64,000 bases of DNA, from assembly GCA_010093605.1 (NCBI GenBank), contig MU004182.1:963032-1027031 (forward strand), given 5' to 3'. Below the pieces are notes generated by a model. The model had not been told where the DNA came from and made no database searches. It saw only the letters and a program-made list of their open reading frames with translations. Source of the stretch: Lophium mytilinum. Its lineage: Eukaryota. The translations under genes were made by a program, and so were the position numbers. This document shows, in pieces, positions 61,038 to 64,000 of this stretch; within the stretch, counting starts at the first letter, position 1; every line of letters begins with the position of its first letter.

Positions 61038-64000
61038 ATGATACCGATAGGCGTCTTCGTATACTCCCCTGTGGGAGCCACCACCCCGCTGAGGGACGAG
61101 GACTCCATTTGGAGACACCGCAAGAAACTCCCCAAGACTCCATCTCCAAAGTACCCTGCGAAGGAGCCGCAGGATCTTTCTAGTTCTGACAGGAAGCAAC
61201 ATCACCCTTTCGCTGCAACCTCCCTTGGCCGCGCCTGTCGTCGCATATACTCACCGGACGGTCCCCGTGTTGCGCTTGGTTACTCGCCAGCTTCTAACGT
61301 TGAACCTCCGTCTCCTTCGCCCCGGCCCAAGCACGTTCCCATTGTTGTTCCACACTATGCCCAGAGTGTAGCACCCAATAGCGCGGGCTATTCTGTCGAC
61401 TCCATCCGGTCCAAGTCCTCAGCGACTGCAACCACCTACCGCTCAAGCAACACTAGCTATTCTCCCAGCATCTCGGATTTCCCCCTCCCCAGCCGGAACG
61501 TGTCTGTCAACTCAACCACTGCCAAGCCCAGGCATGTTGAGATTGTGATACCAAATTGGGCTGCACCTGTCGATAACCAATCTGCTTCACCGCTCGCCTC
61601 CAACGGCGGTGGATCACTAGTTCTTTCGTCCCCTATTGCATCCTCGGAACACACTACTGCCATCATGGCTCGTCAGACGCCAAACTCGAGCAGGACGAAT
61701 ACTATAGATTCACAAACCGCAGCCCCTTCACCAAGCCAGCTGTATTCAGCACAGTTCCAAAACGCTTCCGGCACGTACATCTCAAGTGTAAATAGCAGTC
61801 AAACCAGCTTGAACCGGCCAGATGGTCCGGAAACAGGTAACGACCGGCCTCCCATGAGTGCCTCGATTCGGACGCCGGGGTCGGGAGGCGCTTCTGGAGG
61901 CCCATCTCCGGCTATTTTACAAACAGCTGGTCTTTCCACAACTTCCAATTCGACTTCCGGGCTATCAGGCCTGGTATGCAATGTGCACCGGACTACTGGT
62001 AGGGAGCCCCATCCCCTGGTCGGGGCTACGACTACCATATTAGGAGACAAGCTCTATGTGTTTGGCGGGAGGAGACTCTCCCGGACAAGGCCACAGCTTA
62101 CTGCGGATCTGTACGAGCTTGACCTTGTCAGAAGGCATTGGACCAAACTTGACACTAAAGGCGATATACCTCCTCCGCGATATTTCCACAGCGTCTGTGC
62201 GTTGGGCGACACCAAACTAGTTTGCTATGGAGGAATGTCCCCAGCCGCTCCACAAGCCACTCAGCCAGCTCCACCTCAACAGGGAAATTCCGCAGACGCC
62301 CAGCCCGAGGTTGTAGTAATGTCGGATATACACATTTACGATGTGCCTACGCAGACGTGGATGAATATTGCTACCGTTGACTCACCCCAGGGAAGGTACG
62401 CACATTGCGCGACCATTCTACCATCATCGGCTGTATTCGCATCTGCGAGTGCTCCAATGGCGGCCATACAGCATAACCCTCCGTCAACAAATCCCAACCA
62501 GGGCTCGCTTGGGGTCCAATTGGATGGAAATGGTGGCGCAGAAATGGTCGTCGTCGGCGGCCAAGATAGCGCCAATCACTACATTGAGCAAATTAGCGTG
62601 TTCAACCTCAGGAGTTTGAAGTGGACAGCTACCAATACCCTGGGAAGGAGCTGCGGAGCATACAGAAGCGTTATTGCGCCCTTGAGTACCATGGAACCGT
62701 CGAGGATTGGCACTGGACCAAGAAAAAGCGGTGAAGCTCAAGCCCAAGAAGCACAATCAGAAGGTGCCACCGATGGAGGCTCTTCCATGCTCATTTACTC
62801 TAATTATAACTTTTTGGATGTAAGGCTTGAACTTCAAGTCAGGCTACCCGATGGCACATTATCGGAAAAACCCATGCATGGGAACTTCTCGCCCCCGGGC
62901 TTACGATTCCCGAATGGTGGAATAATAGACAACCATTTCGTTGTCAGTGGCACCTTTCTGACGTCCTCCAAACAAGAATATGCTCTCTGGGCATTAGACC
63001 TTCGGTCTCTTACATGGAGTCGAATAGATGCAGGCGGAAGCATTTTCAGCCAAGGAAGCTGGAATCGTGGTGTTCTATGGAACCGGCGTAACTGTTTTGT
63101 CATTCTCGGAAATCGTAAACGTAATCTCGTGGAGGACTATAATCACCGTCGGATCAACTTCTCCAACATCTGTGTCGTTGAATTAGAGGCATTTGGTCTC
63201 TACGATAACCCTCGCAAATCCGCGCCCAACTCGGCATATTATTCTATTAGTTCGCCTATACCCACCCAGTATCTGGACGGAAAAGCGGGTGGCCGACAGC
63301 TTTCTTTAGCTGCTGCAGAGATGGGCCAATTAGCTTTGGGCATCCGTGAACTCGCGGACATGGACTTTCTGGCCATGGGCGGCGAGCGGATCCCAGTCAA
63401 CTCTCACCTAATCGCACGACGATGGGGCCCTTATTTCAACCACCTCCTTCGCGAAGGCAGCAACACGCTTGAAAATGCTGACACTGCAACTCTCCGCCCG
63501 TCGAACGCAACACTCCCATCTCGTAATTCCAGCATCACTATAACACCCTCAATCAAGACTAACTACTCGAGTGCCACAACGCTTACGAACAACACCGGTG
63601 CAGAAAACGGGGTACCTTCCTCCTTCGATCCACCGGAACCTCGCGCCCCCCTTCCCGCCAGCAGACCCCGCACTCTTTACCTCCCGCACACTCACCTCAC
63701 AATCCAAGCCTTGATCCACTACCTATACACTTCTTCACTACCACCCCCATCCTCCCAACTCTGCAGTCCACAAATCCTCTGCTCCCTCCTCCAGCTCGCC
63801 CGACCCTACCACATCGACGGCCTCCTCGAAGCGATAGTCGAGCGCCTCCACGTCCTCCTCGACGGCCGCAACACGGCCGCCATCTTCAACGCCGCCGCCA
63901 TGGCAGCTGGAGGCGGCTCGGGCGTCGCCTTTGTCGGTGTCACTAACGGCGCCGGTCTCAGTCTCGAGGCTCAGAACTCACTTTCACCGGATTCGGCTGG
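61038..64000 (+). CDS. Ral2/Mds3-like kelch-repeat and BTB-like protein, 3' partial
   Basis: Long frame running off the window: SGLVCNVHRTTGREPHPLVGATTTILGDKLYVFGG, PRYFHS, LRFPNG, RRWGPYF, PRTLYLPH. Start uncertain (61665, 61038 or spliced from 60785). Confidence 0.88.
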   Translation, partial: MIPIGVFVYSPVGATTPLRDEDSIWRHRKKLPKTPSPKYPAKEPQDLSSSDRKQHHPFAATSLGRACRRIYSPDGPRVALGYSPASNVEPPSPSPRPKHVPIVVPHYAQSVAPNSAGYSVDSIRSKSSATATTYRSSNTSYSPSISDFPLPSRNVSVNSTTAKPRHVEIVIPNWAAPVDNQSASPLASNGGGSLVLSSPIASSEHTTAIMARQTPNSSRTNTIDSQTAAPSPSQLYSAQFQNASGTYISSVNSSQTSLNRPDGPETGNDRPPMSASIRTPGSGGASGGPSPAILQTAGLSTTSNSTSGLSGLVCNVHRTTGREPHPLVGATTTILGDKLYVFGGRRLSRTRPQLTADLYELDLVRRHWTKLDTKGDIPPPRYFHSVCALGDTKLVCYGGMSPAAPQATQPAPPQQGNSADAQPEVVVMSDIHIYDVPTQTWMNIATVDSPQGRYAHCATILPSSAVFASASAPMAAIQHNPPSTNPNQGSLGVQLDGNGGAEMVVVGGQDSANHYIEQISVFNLRSLKWTATNTLGRSCGAYRSVIAPLSTMEPSRIGTGPRKSGEAQAQEAQSEGATDGGSSMLIYSNYNFLDVRLELQVRLPDGTLSEKPMHGNFSPPGLRFPNGGIIDNHFVVSGTFLTSSKQEYALWALDLRSLTWSRIDAGGSIFSQGSWNRGVLWNRRNCFVILGNRKRNLVEDYNHRRINFSNICVVELEAFGLYDNPRKSAPNSAYYSISSPIPTQYLDGKAGGRQLSLAAAEMGQLALGIRELADMDFLAMGGERIPVNSHLIARRWGPYFNHLLREGSNTLENADTATLRPSNATLPSRNSSITITPSIKTNYSSATTLTNNTGAENGVPSSFDPPEPRAPLPASRPRTLYLPHTHLTIQALIHYLYTSSLPPPSSQLCSPQILCSLLQLARPYHIDGLLEAIVERLHVLLDGRNTAAIFNAAAMAAGGGSGVAFVGVTNGAGLSLEAQNSLSPDSA

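Overview
64 kb of a filamentous ascomycete nuclear genome (GT-AG introns with CTRAC branch points, strong RIP signature). Bases 1-5848 are an AT-rich, RIP-destroyed repeat block dominated by a Ty1/Copia retrotransposon. The rest is euchromatin with about 20 genes: FAD oxidoreductase, Rdx/SelT-like protein, two Zn2Cys6 factors, a C2H2 factor, AhpD-like protein, CSN1, SAM methyltransferase, ILV1, GST, NMT1/THI5-like binding protein, two MFS transporters, CorA-like protein, Nudix hydrolase, RBR E3 ligase, 1-Cys peroxiredoxin, Ral2-like kelch protein and two hypotheticals. Top candidate system: the C2H2 gene's stop lies in a leaky context (CAA-UGA-CAG-CUA), followed 9 nt later by a GC-rich stem-loop and a 148-codon in-frame extension, suggesting programmed readthrough; the same gene has two in-frame alternative donors. 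Second: a four-gene cluster (GST, bacterial-type solute-binding protein, UaY/Ppr1-like TF, DAL5-type MFS) with a TCGG-N6-CCGA site in both divergent promoters. Also seen: a 176-nt fold-back in an intron and a Pol III-like unit. All calls come from manual reading; no searches or folding programs were run.
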